64,000 nt of DNA from Bacteroidales bacterium (GTDB lineage Bacteria; Bacteroidota; Bacteroidia; Bacteroidales; UBA932): assembly GCA_017614715.1 (NCBI GenBank), contig JAGABI010000011.1, positions 10,821-74,820 of the forward strand, written 5' to 3'. The position numbers and the translations under genes are program-made. The notes below the pieces were generated by a model, which did no database searches, was not told the origin of the DNA, and saw only the letters and a program-made list of their open reading frames with translations. Positions 27,193-36,280 of the stretch are shown here, piece by piece. The stretch's first letter is position 1; each line of letters begins with the position of its first letter.

Positions 27193-28676
27193 GAAGCGTG
27201 GTATAGATTCTTGCTCTGGTATCGGGGCTCGCAAGTCAGATTCACCCCGAGCTTCTTCAATGTAGAAACATCTACGCTGGACAAAATCACGCTGGTATGA
27301 ACCTCGCAGCAGCGCAACTCATCAATCTTCTCCAGCGCCTTGCGCGCATTCATATCGGTCAGGGCGCAGATAGAGAGCGCCAGCAGCACCTCATTCACAT
27401 GCAGGCGGGGATTGCGGTTACCCAGATGCTGCGTCTTAAGGTTGCAGATGGGCTCAATCACAATCGGTGAAATCAGATCGACCTGAGGCGGAATATTAGC
27501 AAGATACTTGAGCGCATTCAGCAGCATCGCAGAAGAAGGGCCAAGCAGCTCGCTTGTCTTGCCTCCGATAAGCGTACCGTCGTTCATCTCAATTGCAGCT
27601 GCCGGCATACCGGTCTCCTCTGCCATCTTATTGGCCAGCACCGCCACCTTGCGGTTAGAGAGCTCAACCTTGGCCTGCTCCATCACCATCTCCAGTTTTA
27701 CAAGCTGCTCCGGATTTGCAGCCGCCTTGCGCACCTGGCAGGCAACATTATAATAGCGGCGGAGAATCTCGCGACGGGCGGCGTCACAAACCACATCATC
27801 GTCCAGGATGCAGTCCCCAATCATGTTCACACCCATGTCGGTAGGTGACTTATAGGGCGACTCGCCGATAATCTCGGTCAGCATCTGGTTCAGAACGGGA
27901 AATATCTCCACGTCACGGTTATAGTTCACGGCAATCTTGCCGTAAGCCTCCAGATGGTAAGGGTCAATCATGTTTACATCCTCAAGATCAACAGTGGCAG
28001 CCTCGTACGCCAGGTTGACGGGATGCTTCAAGGGCATGCTCCAAACGGGGAAAGTCTCAAACTTTGCATATCCCGCCTTCACGCCGCGCTTATTCTCATG
28101 ATAGAGCTGACTCAGGCAGGTTGCCATCTTACCGCTGCCCGGACCGGGAGCAGTAACCACAACCAGCCGGCGGCTCGTTACTACAAACTCGTTCTTACCG
28201 TATCCCTCATCACTGATAATAGCCTGTAAATTAGAAGGATATCCGGCAATCGGATAATGACGGTAAACCTTCAGCCCAAGCCCCTCAAGTTTTTTCTGAT
28301 AAGCTATCGCATTGGACTGATTCTCAAACCGGGTGAGCACCACGCTGCTAACATAAAGGCCATAGCCCCGGAAAGCATCAATCAGGCGCAGCACGTCCAT
28401 ATCGTAAGTGATGCCCAGGTCTCCGCGAATCTTGTTTTTCTCAATATCGTTAGCGTTGATAACAAGCACTATCTCAGCCTCGTCCTTCATCTGCAGCAGC
28501 ATAGTAATCTTGCTGTCGGGGGCAAAGCCCGGCAGCACGCGGCTGGCATGATAATCGTCAAAAAGTTTCCCTCCAAATTCAAGATAGAGCTTGTCGCCAA
28601 ACATAGCGATGCGCTCCTTGATTTTATTCGACTGAATAGCAAGATATTTATCCTTGTCGAAACCAAGTTTGTTCAT
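27189..28676 (-). CDS. DUF1846 (UPF0371) family protein
   Basis: I chose the start at 28676 (MNKLGFDKDKYLAIQSNKIKERI, typical UPF0371 N-terminus). A TACTTTTG -7 box at 28700-28707 lies inside the longer ORF (to 28742), which argues against that upstream start. Confidence 0.8.
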   Translation of the reverse strand: MNKLGFDKDKYLAIQSNKIKERIAMFGDKLYLEFGGKLFDDYHASRVLPGFAPDSKITMLLQMKDEAEIVLVINANDIEKNKIRGDLGITYDMDVLRLIDAFRGYGLYVSSVVLTRFENQSNAIAYQKKLEGLGLKVYRHYPIAGYPSNLQAIISDEGYGKNEFVVTSRRLVVVTAPGPGSGKMATCLSQLYHENKRGVKAGYAKFETFPVWSMPLKHPVNLAYEAATVDLEDVNMIDPYHLEAYGKIAVNYNRDVEIFPVLNQMLTEIIGESPYKSPTDMGVNMIGDCILDDDVVCDAARREILRRYYNVACQVRKAAANPEQLVKLEMVMEQAKVELSNRKVAVLANKMAEETGMPAAAIEMNDGTLIGGKTSELLGPSSAMLLNALKYLANIPPQVDLISPIVIEPICNLKTQHLGNRNPRLHVNEVLLALSICALTDMNARKALEKIDELRCCEVHTSVILSSVDVSTLKKLGVNLTCEPRYQSKNLYHAS

Positions 28677-28699
28677 AATGTATGTGAAATGCGGTTTTG

Positions 28700-28707
28700 C
28701 AAAAGTA
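28700..28707 (-). promoter_or_regulatory. -7 promoter box (TACTTTTG, minus strand) for the DUF1846 gene
   Basis: TAnnTTTG match 23 nt upstream of the ATG at 28676. Confidence 0.4.
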
Positions 28708-28717
28708 GCATTTTTTT

Positions 28718-28725
28718 TAACTTTG
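28718..28725 (+). promoter_or_regulatory. -7 promoter box (TAACTTTG) for the DJ-1 family gene
   Basis: TAnnTTTG match 22 nt upstream of the ATG at 28748. Confidence 0.4.
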
Positions 28726-28747
28726 GGAAGATTACAAGTCAAGTTTT

Positions 28748-29326
28748 ATGAAAGGAAACTATATTTTTCTGGCCGACGGCTTTGAAGAGGTCGAGGCTAT
28801 TGCAACACTCGATATCCTACGCCGAGGAGGCGTCGAAGTAAAAACTGTATCCATATACGACAATTCACTGGTAGAAGGTGCGCACGGCTTGCAGCTCATC
28901 AGCGACCTCAGCTGGGAAGATTTCGAAGAGATAATACACGAAGATGCCTCGCCGGAAGATTTTCTGATATTCCCGGGAGGCATGCCCGGCGCCAAGAACC
29001 TTGCCGGTTTCGCTCCGCTGATGGAAGTGCTGGGCAAACATTATGCAGCCGGCGGCGGAGTCGCCGCTATCTGCGCATCGCCCGCAGTGGTCCTGGCCGC
29101 ACAAGGGGAAATGTTCAAAGGCAGTAAGATGACCTGCTACGACGGCTTCGAGGCCACCCTCGCATCAGCCGGAATCACCCATGTAGAGGCAGGCAGCGTT
29201 GTGGACGGCCGCATAGTCACCGGCCGCGGCCCCGGCTACGCCCCCGAATTCGCCCTCGCCCTCCTATCCCAAATCAAAGACCGCGACACCGCCTCCGCCG
29301 TCGCCGCCGGGTTTACCCCAAGATAA
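28748..29326 (+). CDS. DJ-1/PfpI (ThiJ) family protein
   Basis: 192 aa. FEEVEAIATLDILRRGG, the nucleophile-elbow context AAICASP, and GRIVTGRGPG. Confidence 0.8.
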   Translation: MKGNYIFLADGFEEVEAIATLDILRRGGVEVKTVSIYDNSLVEGAHGLQLISDLSWEDFEEIIHEDASPEDFLIFPGGMPGAKNLAGFAPLMEVLGKHYAAGGGVAAICASPAVVLAAQGEMFKGSKMTCYDGFEATLASAGITHVEAGSVVDGRIVTGRGPGYAPEFALALLSQIKDRDTASAVAAGFTPR

Positions 29327-29327
29327 A

Positions 29328-29370
29328 ATATGGGGTAGGTCCGATGAATAAGTGGAGACCTACCCCATAT
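29328..29370. terminator. Bidirectional terminator hairpin (14-bp perfect stem)
   Basis: atatggggtaggtc (29328-29341) and gacctaccccatat (29357-29370), with T-rich flanks on both strands. It sits between convergent DJ-1 and GH78 genes. A further partial copy ggacctacccc occurs at 29417-29427. Confidence 0.7.
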
Positions 29371-29434
29371 TGTGGGTTTCGATAATGTTTTTGGGATAGG
29401 TCTCGATACATTGGTTGGACCTACCCCGGAATAA

Positions 29435-32053
29435 CTACTTAGACTTGATAGTGTACTTGCCGCTGGGGAAGGTTTCCTCGCGGGTGGTGCCGTTTTCGGG
29501 ATAAATGACGGTGCAAGTGGTGCCGACGGGGACGGCAATATTCATTGTGAGGGTGCCGTCAGCGCCCTTCTGCCACTCGGATACTATGCGGCCGTAAGGG
29601 CAGTCCTTATAGAACTTGACCCAGTCGAGGCCGTCGGGCATGGTGGGGCGGATCTCAAAGGTGCGGTAGCCGGGGCTGGTGGGCTCAACGCCTGCCAGGT
29701 CGCGGTAGAACCAGAGGATGCCGCCTCCCATAAACGGATGATTGTGGGAGAACTTGCCATCCCACTGCTCCCAGGTAACGGTTGCCCCCTGCTCTATCCA
29801 CCAGCCAAAGCTGGGCCAGTCACGCTTGTTGATTATTTCATAAGCAAGGTCTGCCTGACCGTATTTAACAAGCATCTCAAAGAGATATCGGATGCCGAAG
29901 AAGCCGGTGTCCAGATGGTTCCCGGCCTCTGCAATATTAGAAACAAGTGCTGCGACCACCTTGTCCTGACGGTCTGCCGGAACCCCCATGGCCAGAGCGA
30001 AGACATTACTGCCGTGCTTGCCATAAGAACCAGTCTCGGGGTTGTAGAACACATTGTGGGACGCCTCCCAGGTGCGATCGCGCAGTGCCGAGAAATATTC
30101 GTAAGATTCTGTGTCACCGAACAGTTGGGCTGCATCCGCTGTCTTCTTTGCACAAGCCCACAAGAACCAGGTGTGTACCAGCGCATTGCTTGGCAGGCCT
30201 GTAGCTGGGACCCACTCGCCCAGGTCGCGGAAATAGTGACCGGAACGGCTCTCCATTATGCCACGGCCGTCAACCCAGTTAAGCATCCAGCGGGTATTGT
30301 CCTGCATAGCCTTGTAGCACTTCTTAAGGATGCGCTCGTCACCATATTGCCAGTAGAAATCGGTGGGGACAAACTCCATGGCCGCACCAAAACCGATGCC
30401 GCCGCCAGCCTCGGGCTGCCAGGGTGCAGAATTAGCCACATAGCCGTCGGGCTTCTGGGCCTCGAGGATATCGTGAATCCACTTGTTGTAGAAGGCCTGC
30501 GCACCCATGGTGGTCATAGTGGTCGGGCCCACCGACTCTCCATCGCCGGTGTAGCCGATGCGCTCGCGGTGAGGGCAGTCGCTGGGAACACCGCCATGCA
30601 TATTGTCCAGCATGCTGCGGCGCCAGATTATATCTATCTTATTAATGAGTTCGTTAGAAGTTGAAAATGCCGTAGCCTGCTTGACATCAGAGTTGACGGC
30701 ATGAGCCTCAATCTGTGAAGGTTTGAGATCGTCCAAGCCCGTTATAGCCACCTGCGAGAATACAAACCATTTGAACCGGGGATGGTAAGACTCTTTGCCG
30801 GAACCCTTTGCAGTGTAAGTGCTGGTGCATACCAGAGACTCGTTAAGGTAGCGCATGGTCACCTCCTGCCCCTCTTTGAGATTCAGGTCCTTAAGATATA
30901 CCCAGCCGGATATCTCCTCCGGGAAGGATACGATGATAGCGTTTGTGCTGTCACGCTCTATGCTGACGGGTTTGAAGGTAGCAGTGATGCGGTCCGAGGG
31001 GCCTTTCTGGGTCACCAGAGTCCCTTCCGGAGCTTTCTTTTCTGACGCATTCTCCCAAGACGAATCGTCATAACCGGCCTTGCACCAGCCAGGGTGCTCA
31101 AGACGGGCATCATAGTTCTCGCCGATATACATCTGGTCGAACGTAAGGGCGCTCTTGGCAATTTTCCAGTCGGTGCCGCTGGCAATCACATCCTTAGTGC
31201 CATCCTTATATGTGATAACAATCTGGCCAAAGAAGCGCGGGGTGCCGTAACCCATTACAAAGCGGCGGAACACCAGATCATAGAAACCGTTGCCCAGCAG
31301 CGCTCCGACAACATTTTTCCCCTTCACGAGCATATCCTTCACGTCGTAGCTTACATAGGATACTGAATAGCCGTTGAACGGGTCGCCAATCTTTATCAGG
31401 CGCTCAGCCAGGCGGGGGCGCAAGCCGTAGTTTGTCTCGTTGGGGACCAGGTAGTCGTCGCCAACCTTGCTTCCGTTCAGATATAACTCAAAATAGCCGA
31501 GGCCGGTGCCGTAAAAGCGCGCCTTTACCACAGGCTTTGTAATTTCAAACTCCTTGCGCAAAATGGGCGCGGGCTGGACATTTTCGTCCATGGTGTCGTC
31601 GTAAGACTGCTCTCCCTGCCACGGAGCGCCGATCCACTGCGCCTCCCAAAGTGAAGGGTCATATACACCGGTGTGGAAGTGGCATGGCTTGCTCCATTTA
31701 GACTCCTTACCTTTTTCATCGCACACCTGCACCTGCCAGTAATAATCGGTACAAGGTTCCAGCGCCTTGCCCACGTAGGGCACAAGCACCGACTCGCTGC
31801 TAGCAGTAACACCAGAATCCCAATATGTGGATCCGGGACGGGAAGGATCTTTGAATACACGAATGCGATAAGCCGTCTGTGCCGCACCGTTTTTGCTGCT
31901 CTCATTTATCCAGGAGAAACGGGGACTCGGATCATCGGTAAAAGCGTCCTTCTGATATTCTGTGGTCAGTTCGGTGGGCTTTATGGTCGCCTTGGCACCA
32001 TAGCAAGCCACCATTGAAAGGAATAAAAAGGTAATGACAAGAATCTTTTTCAT
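29435..32053 (-). CDS. Alpha-L-rhamnosidase (GH78), secreted; tandem paralog 2
   Basis: I chose the start at 32053 (MKKILVITFLFLSMVACYG). Has PRFSWI, EAQWIGAPW and DCPHRERIGYTGDG motifs and a six-hairpin catalytic region. Confidence 0.8.
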   Translation of the reverse strand: MKKILVITFLFLSMVACYGAKATIKPTELTTEYQKDAFTDDPSPRFSWINESSKNGAAQTAYRIRVFKDPSRPGSTYWDSGVTASSESVLVPYVGKALEPCTDYYWQVQVCDEKGKESKWSKPCHFHTGVYDPSLWEAQWIGAPWQGEQSYDDTMDENVQPAPILRKEFEITKPVVKARFYGTGLGYFELYLNGSKVGDDYLVPNETNYGLRPRLAERLIKIGDPFNGYSVSYVSYDVKDMLVKGKNVVGALLGNGFYDLVFRRFVMGYGTPRFFGQIVITYKDGTKDVIASGTDWKIAKSALTFDQMYIGENYDARLEHPGWCKAGYDDSSWENASEKKAPEGTLVTQKGPSDRITATFKPVSIERDSTNAIIVSFPEEISGWVYLKDLNLKEGQEVTMRYLNESLVCTSTYTAKGSGKESYHPRFKWFVFSQVAITGLDDLKPSQIEAHAVNSDVKQATAFSTSNELINKIDIIWRRSMLDNMHGGVPSDCPHRERIGYTGDGESVGPTTMTTMGAQAFYNKWIHDILEAQKPDGYVANSAPWQPEAGGGIGFGAAMEFVPTDFYWQYGDERILKKCYKAMQDNTRWMLNWVDGRGIMESRSGHYFRDLGEWVPATGLPSNALVHTWFLWACAKKTADAAQLFGDTESYEYFSALRDRTWEASHNVFYNPETGSYGKHGSNVFALAMGVPADRQDKVVAALVSNIAEAGNHLDTGFFGIRYLFEMLVKYGQADLAYEIINKRDWPSFGWWIEQGATVTWEQWDGKFSHNHPFMGGGILWFYRDLAGVEPTSPGYRTFEIRPTMPDGLDWVKFYKDCPYGRIVSEWQKGADGTLTMNIAVPVGTTCTVIYPENGTTREETFPSGKYTIKSK

Positions 32054-32066
32054 ATATCGGTAATAT

Positions 32067-34724
32067 CTATTCGTTATGATGCACGGAGCCGCGGAGGGTA
32101 TACTTTCCACTTGCGAGAGTCTCCACTCTTACAGAATCTCCGTCAGGGATGTAAACGGTAGCGGTTGTGCCGACAGGGACGGTGCACTTGAGGGTAAAGA
32201 TACCGTCGGAGGCTACCTTCCAGTCGATGGATATGCGGCCGTAGGGGGAATCCTTGTGGAATTTGACCCAGTCGAGACCATCCACTACGGTAGGGCGGAT
32301 TTCAAATGTACGATAGCCTGGAGATGTCGGCTCAAGACCGGCCAGGTCGCGGTAGAACCAGCGGATGCCGCCACCCATGAAGGGGATGTTGCGGGAGAAT
32401 ACGCCGTCCCACTGCTCCCAGAAGGTGACTGCCCCCTGCTCTATCCACCAGCCGATGCTGGGCTGGTCGCGTTTGTTGATGATTTCCCAGGCGAGGTCGG
32501 CGCGGCCGTATTTAATCAAGGTCTCACACAGGTAGCGCCAACCCACAAAGCCCACATGCAGGTGATTGTCGCACTCGGCAAGGTTGGCCACCAGCGCAGC
32601 GAGTGCCGCCTGCTCACGTTCTTTAGAAGGGCAACCCATTGCCAGCGCCCACATATTGCTACCCCACTTGCCGTAAGACTGGGCCTCTTCATCCCAGAAG
32701 TAAGTGTGGAAAGCCTCAGCGGTCTTGTCGCGAAGCTCTGAGAAATATTCGGCATCGGCTGCATTTCCAAGGAGATTTGCAACTTCTGCAGTTATGCGGG
32801 CGCAATTCCACAAGAACCATGTATGAACCAGAGCCTTTGAAGGGATATCCCAAGGTGCGTTCCACTCCCCGAGGTCCATAAAGTAGCGGCCGGTGCGGCT
32901 CTCCATGATGCCACGCTCGTCCACCCAGTTCAGCATCCAGCGTGTATGGGCAGCCATGGCATCGTAACACTCCTTGAGAGCGCGCTCGTCGCCATACTCC
33001 CACCAGAACTCGTAAGGTATCACATTCATTGCGGAACCGAATGCCACGCCGCCGCCAGCCTCAGGCTGCCAGGGTGCCGAATTGCACACGTAGCCATCCT
33101 CTTTCTGCGCCTCGCGCAGATCGCGCAGCCACTTGTAGTAGAAAGCGCCGGCATTCATGGTGGTCATCACGGTGGGGCCAACAGCCTGTCCGTCACCGGT
33201 ATAGCCTAAGCGCTCGCGGTGCGGGGTGTCGGTGGGGATATTGCCGTGCATGTTGTCCAGCTGGGTGCGACGCCATATCTTGTCCATGTAATTGAGCAAT
33301 TCGTTGGAGCACTCGAAAGAGGTAGCCTGCTTGATATCGGAATTCACCGCCTGCGCCTCAATCTGGTCGGGGCGCAATTCGTCCAGGCCAAATACCTCGA
33401 CCTGCTGGAATGCAAAGTATTCAAAACGGGGGTGCCAGTTCTCCTTACCCGTTCCTTTTGCGATATATGTCATGAAGCTCACGACCTTCTCTACCGCGTT
33501 GTAGTCCTCTGTGAGATTATGAACAGTTATCTGCTGGCCCTCTTTGAGGTTAAGATTCTTCAATTCTACCCATCCTGAAATATATTCAGGGAAGGTTACT
33601 AAAAATGCGCCGGTAGAATCGACCTTCTCTATGGATGTAGGGGCCCACTTGCCGGTAACCCTGTCAGGGAGGCCGGTCTGGGCGAACAACTCCCCTTCCG
33701 GCGCTCTTTTCTGTACGGCGCAGGCCCAGGCGGAATCGTCATAGCCGGGCTCGCTCCACCCCTCGTGCTCCAGACGGGCATCATAAATCTCGCCAAAATA
33801 GAGCTGGTCGTAAACTATCGCGCTCTTCTCTACCTTCCAGGTGGAGTCGGTTGCAATCACCTCGCTGGTGCCGTCTTCGTAGCGGACAAGGATCTGTCCG
33901 AAGAGTTTTGGCACGCCGTAACCCATCACAAAGCGACGGAACACAAGGTCGTAATAACCATTGCCGAGGATAGCCCCCACTGCGTTGCGCCCCTTGCGCA
34001 CCATATCTGTGAGGTCATAGCTTACATACGCCACGCTGTAGCCGTTGAACGGGTCCGGAATCGGGAGGAGCCGCTCCTCCAGCTTCTCACGGTAGCCGTA
34101 GTTAGTCTCATTCGGAACCAGATATTCGTCGCCCGCCTTGCTGCCGTTTACGTAGAGCTCAAAGTAACCGAGGCCTGTGCCGTAGAAGCGGACCGACTTA
34201 ACCGGTTTGCTAATCTCAAACTCCTTGCGGAGCAGCGGCGCGGGGAACACCGAGTCACTCATTGTATAGTCGTAAGACTCCTCTCCCTGCCATGGGGCGC
34301 CAATCCACTGCGCCTCCCAAAGCGAAGGGTCTGTCACACCGGTGTGGAAGTGGCAGGGCTTGCTCCAGGCAGATGGTTCACCTTTCCCGTCGCAGACCTG
34401 TACCTGACAGTAATAGTCAGTACAAGGTTCCAGCGCATTGCCGGTGTAGGGCACCAGCACCGACTCGTTGCTCTCCACGATTCCAGAATCCCAGTATGCC
34501 TGCTCAGGATGCTCAAGGTCTTTAAAGACTCTTATCTGATATGAACTCTGGAGCGCTCCTTTTTTGCCACTCAGGTTTATCCAGGAGAAACGGGGGCTTG
34601 CAACATCGGTAAAGGCATCCTCCTTATATTCGGTGGTTAGGTTTGCCGGTTTGATGTCCGACCTTGACAAATTACAACCTGCAAGCACGAGGCAGAGCAC
34701 TACAGGCAAAAGGAATCTTTTCAT
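32067..34724 (-). CDS. Alpha-L-rhamnosidase (GH78) lipoprotein; tandem paralog 1
   Basis: I chose the start at 34724 (MKRFLLPVVLCLVLAGC). Colinear with the downstream paralog over the full length (roughly two-thirds identical by eye). DTPHRERLGYTGDG motif. Confidence 0.8.
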   Translation of the reverse strand: MKRFLLPVVLCLVLAGCNLSRSDIKPANLTTEYKEDAFTDVASPRFSWINLSGKKGALQSSYQIRVFKDLEHPEQAYWDSGIVESNESVLVPYTGNALEPCTDYYCQVQVCDGKGEPSAWSKPCHFHTGVTDPSLWEAQWIGAPWQGEESYDYTMSDSVFPAPLLRKEFEISKPVKSVRFYGTGLGYFELYVNGSKAGDEYLVPNETNYGYREKLEERLLPIPDPFNGYSVAYVSYDLTDMVRKGRNAVGAILGNGYYDLVFRRFVMGYGVPKLFGQILVRYEDGTSEVIATDSTWKVEKSAIVYDQLYFGEIYDARLEHEGWSEPGYDDSAWACAVQKRAPEGELFAQTGLPDRVTGKWAPTSIEKVDSTGAFLVTFPEYISGWVELKNLNLKEGQQITVHNLTEDYNAVEKVVSFMTYIAKGTGKENWHPRFEYFAFQQVEVFGLDELRPDQIEAQAVNSDIKQATSFECSNELLNYMDKIWRRTQLDNMHGNIPTDTPHRERLGYTGDGQAVGPTVMTTMNAGAFYYKWLRDLREAQKEDGYVCNSAPWQPEAGGGVAFGSAMNVIPYEFWWEYGDERALKECYDAMAAHTRWMLNWVDERGIMESRTGRYFMDLGEWNAPWDIPSKALVHTWFLWNCARITAEVANLLGNAADAEYFSELRDKTAEAFHTYFWDEEAQSYGKWGSNMWALAMGCPSKEREQAALAALVANLAECDNHLHVGFVGWRYLCETLIKYGRADLAWEIINKRDQPSIGWWIEQGAVTFWEQWDGVFSRNIPFMGGGIRWFYRDLAGLEPTSPGYRTFEIRPTVVDGLDWVKFHKDSPYGRISIDWKVASDGIFTLKCTVPVGTTATVYIPDGDSVRVETLASGKYTLRGSVHHNE

Positions 34725-34756
34725 TACAACGGAGATATATGTTTGATAAAGGTGGT

Positions 34757-34764
34757 CAAAGATA
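34757..34764 (-). promoter_or_regulatory. -7 promoter box (TATCTTTG, minus strand) for the GH78 tandem pair
   Basis: TAnnTTTG match 32 nt upstream of the ATG at 34724. Confidence 0.4.
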
Positions 34765-34776
34765 GACAATTTTACC

Positions 34777-34784
34777 TACATTTG
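34777..34784 (+). promoter_or_regulatory. -7 promoter box (TACATTTG) for cstA
   Basis: TAnnTTTG match; only 7 nt lie between the box and the ATG at 34792. Confidence 0.4.
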
Positions 34785-34791
34785 CCCCACT

Positions 34792-36258
34792 ATGATAACC
34801 TTTCTGGTCTGTATTACACTTTTGGTGGCGGGATTCCTGTTTTACGGGCGGTTTGTTGAAAAGCGCCTGTTTCAGGCCGATCCCAACCGCGCTACACCCG
34901 CTCACTACCGCGCCGACGGCGTGGATTATAAAGTTATTAAACCCTGGCGGGTCTTTGTTATACAATTCCTTAACATCGCCGGCCTGGGCCCCATCTTCGG
35001 CGCGATCCTGGGTGCGGCATACGGCCCGATGGCCTATGTCTGGATAGTTGTCGGCTGCATCTTCATGGGTGCGGTGCACGACTATTTCTCCGGAATGATA
35101 TCAATCCGTTCCGGAGGACGCAGCACCCCCTCGCTGATAGGCATTTATCTTGGCAAGCACGTCAAGACCGTGATGAACTTTTTTATCGCGTTGATGCTCA
35201 TTGGCGTAGGTTGCTCCTTTGTTACCGGTCCCGCCGACCTGCTGAACAATATGGCGCCGGTCACCAAACTCTTCTGGGTGATTGTGATTTTTACGTATTA
35301 CATACTGGCCACCCTCGTCCCCATAGACAAGATAATCGGAAAGATTTATCCTTACCTGGGAGGCGCGCTGCTGTTCATGGCGGTTGCCGTCGGGGTTGCA
35401 CTGATTGTGAAGGGGAGCAACGGAACTCTCCATCTTACCGAGCTCACTTTTGACAATATGCGCAACTTCCACAGCAATCCACAGACCAACATCCTGTTCC
35501 CGATGTTGTTCATAGTGATATCCTGCGGCGCAATATCTGGCTTCCACAGCACCCAGAGCCCCATTATGGCCCGTTGCATAGACAATGAGAAATATGGCCG
35601 CCCTGTATTCTACGGGGCGATGATATGCGAAGGCATCGTTGCCACAATCTGGGCGACAGCCGCAATGGCATACACCGGAGGGCCCGAAGGACTCAACGCC
35701 GCAGCTGCGGCGGGAAGTACTCCTGCAATACTGGTTGATGCCATCTGCCGCGACTGGCTGGGCAAGGTGGGCGCAATAATCGCCATCCTGGGTGTAATTG
35801 CATGCCCCATCACCTCCGGCGACACCGCTTTCCGCAGCATCAGGCTGATACTGGCAGAAGCGCTCCACATCAACCAGAAACCCATTATTAACAGGGTACT
35901 CACTGCACTTCCGATATTTGCTGTGGCCGTGCTGGTATGCTCGTCAGACTTTTCTACCATCTGGAACTATGTTGGCATATCCAATCAGGTCCTTGCATCG
36001 ATAGTGCTCTGGACATCGTCCAGATACCTCTATAAACACGGAAAGAGCCCTCTGTTCACCGCCATCCCCGCAACCTTCCTGACATATGTATGCGTATGCT
36101 ACTTTATGGTTGCACCAATGAAGAATGGCGGACTCGCACTGCCGCTGACCGTCGCCCACATTGTTGCAGCAGTTGTCACAATATCGATAGTCACACTATT
36201 CTTTCTGGAGAACCGACATCTTAAACGCAGATTTACCACCATCAGGAACCAGGCCTGA
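34792..36258 (+). CDS. cstA: Carbon starvation protein A family transporter
   Basis: 488-aa polytopic protein. VFVIQFLNIAGLGPIFGAILGA and FHSTQSPIMAR motifs are typical of CstA. Confidence 0.85.
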   Translation: MITFLVCITLLVAGFLFYGRFVEKRLFQADPNRATPAHYRADGVDYKVIKPWRVFVIQFLNIAGLGPIFGAILGAAYGPMAYVWIVVGCIFMGAVHDYFSGMISIRSGGRSTPSLIGIYLGKHVKTVMNFFIALMLIGVGCSFVTGPADLLNNMAPVTKLFWVIVIFTYYILATLVPIDKIIGKIYPYLGGALLFMAVAVGVALIVKGSNGTLHLTELTFDNMRNFHSNPQTNILFPMLFIVISCGAISGFHSTQSPIMARCIDNEKYGRPVFYGAMICEGIVATIWATAAMAYTGGPEGLNAAAAAGSTPAILVDAICRDWLGKVGAIIAILGVIACPITSGDTAFRSIRLILAEALHINQKPIINRVLTALPIFAVAVLVCSSDFSTIWNYVGISNQVLASIVLWTSSRYLYKHGKSPLFTAIPATFLTYVCVCYFMVAPMKNGGLALPLTVAHIVAAVVTISIVTLFFLENRHLKRRFTTIRNQA

Positions 36259-36280
36259 GCCCGAATAAACGCAACAGCTT

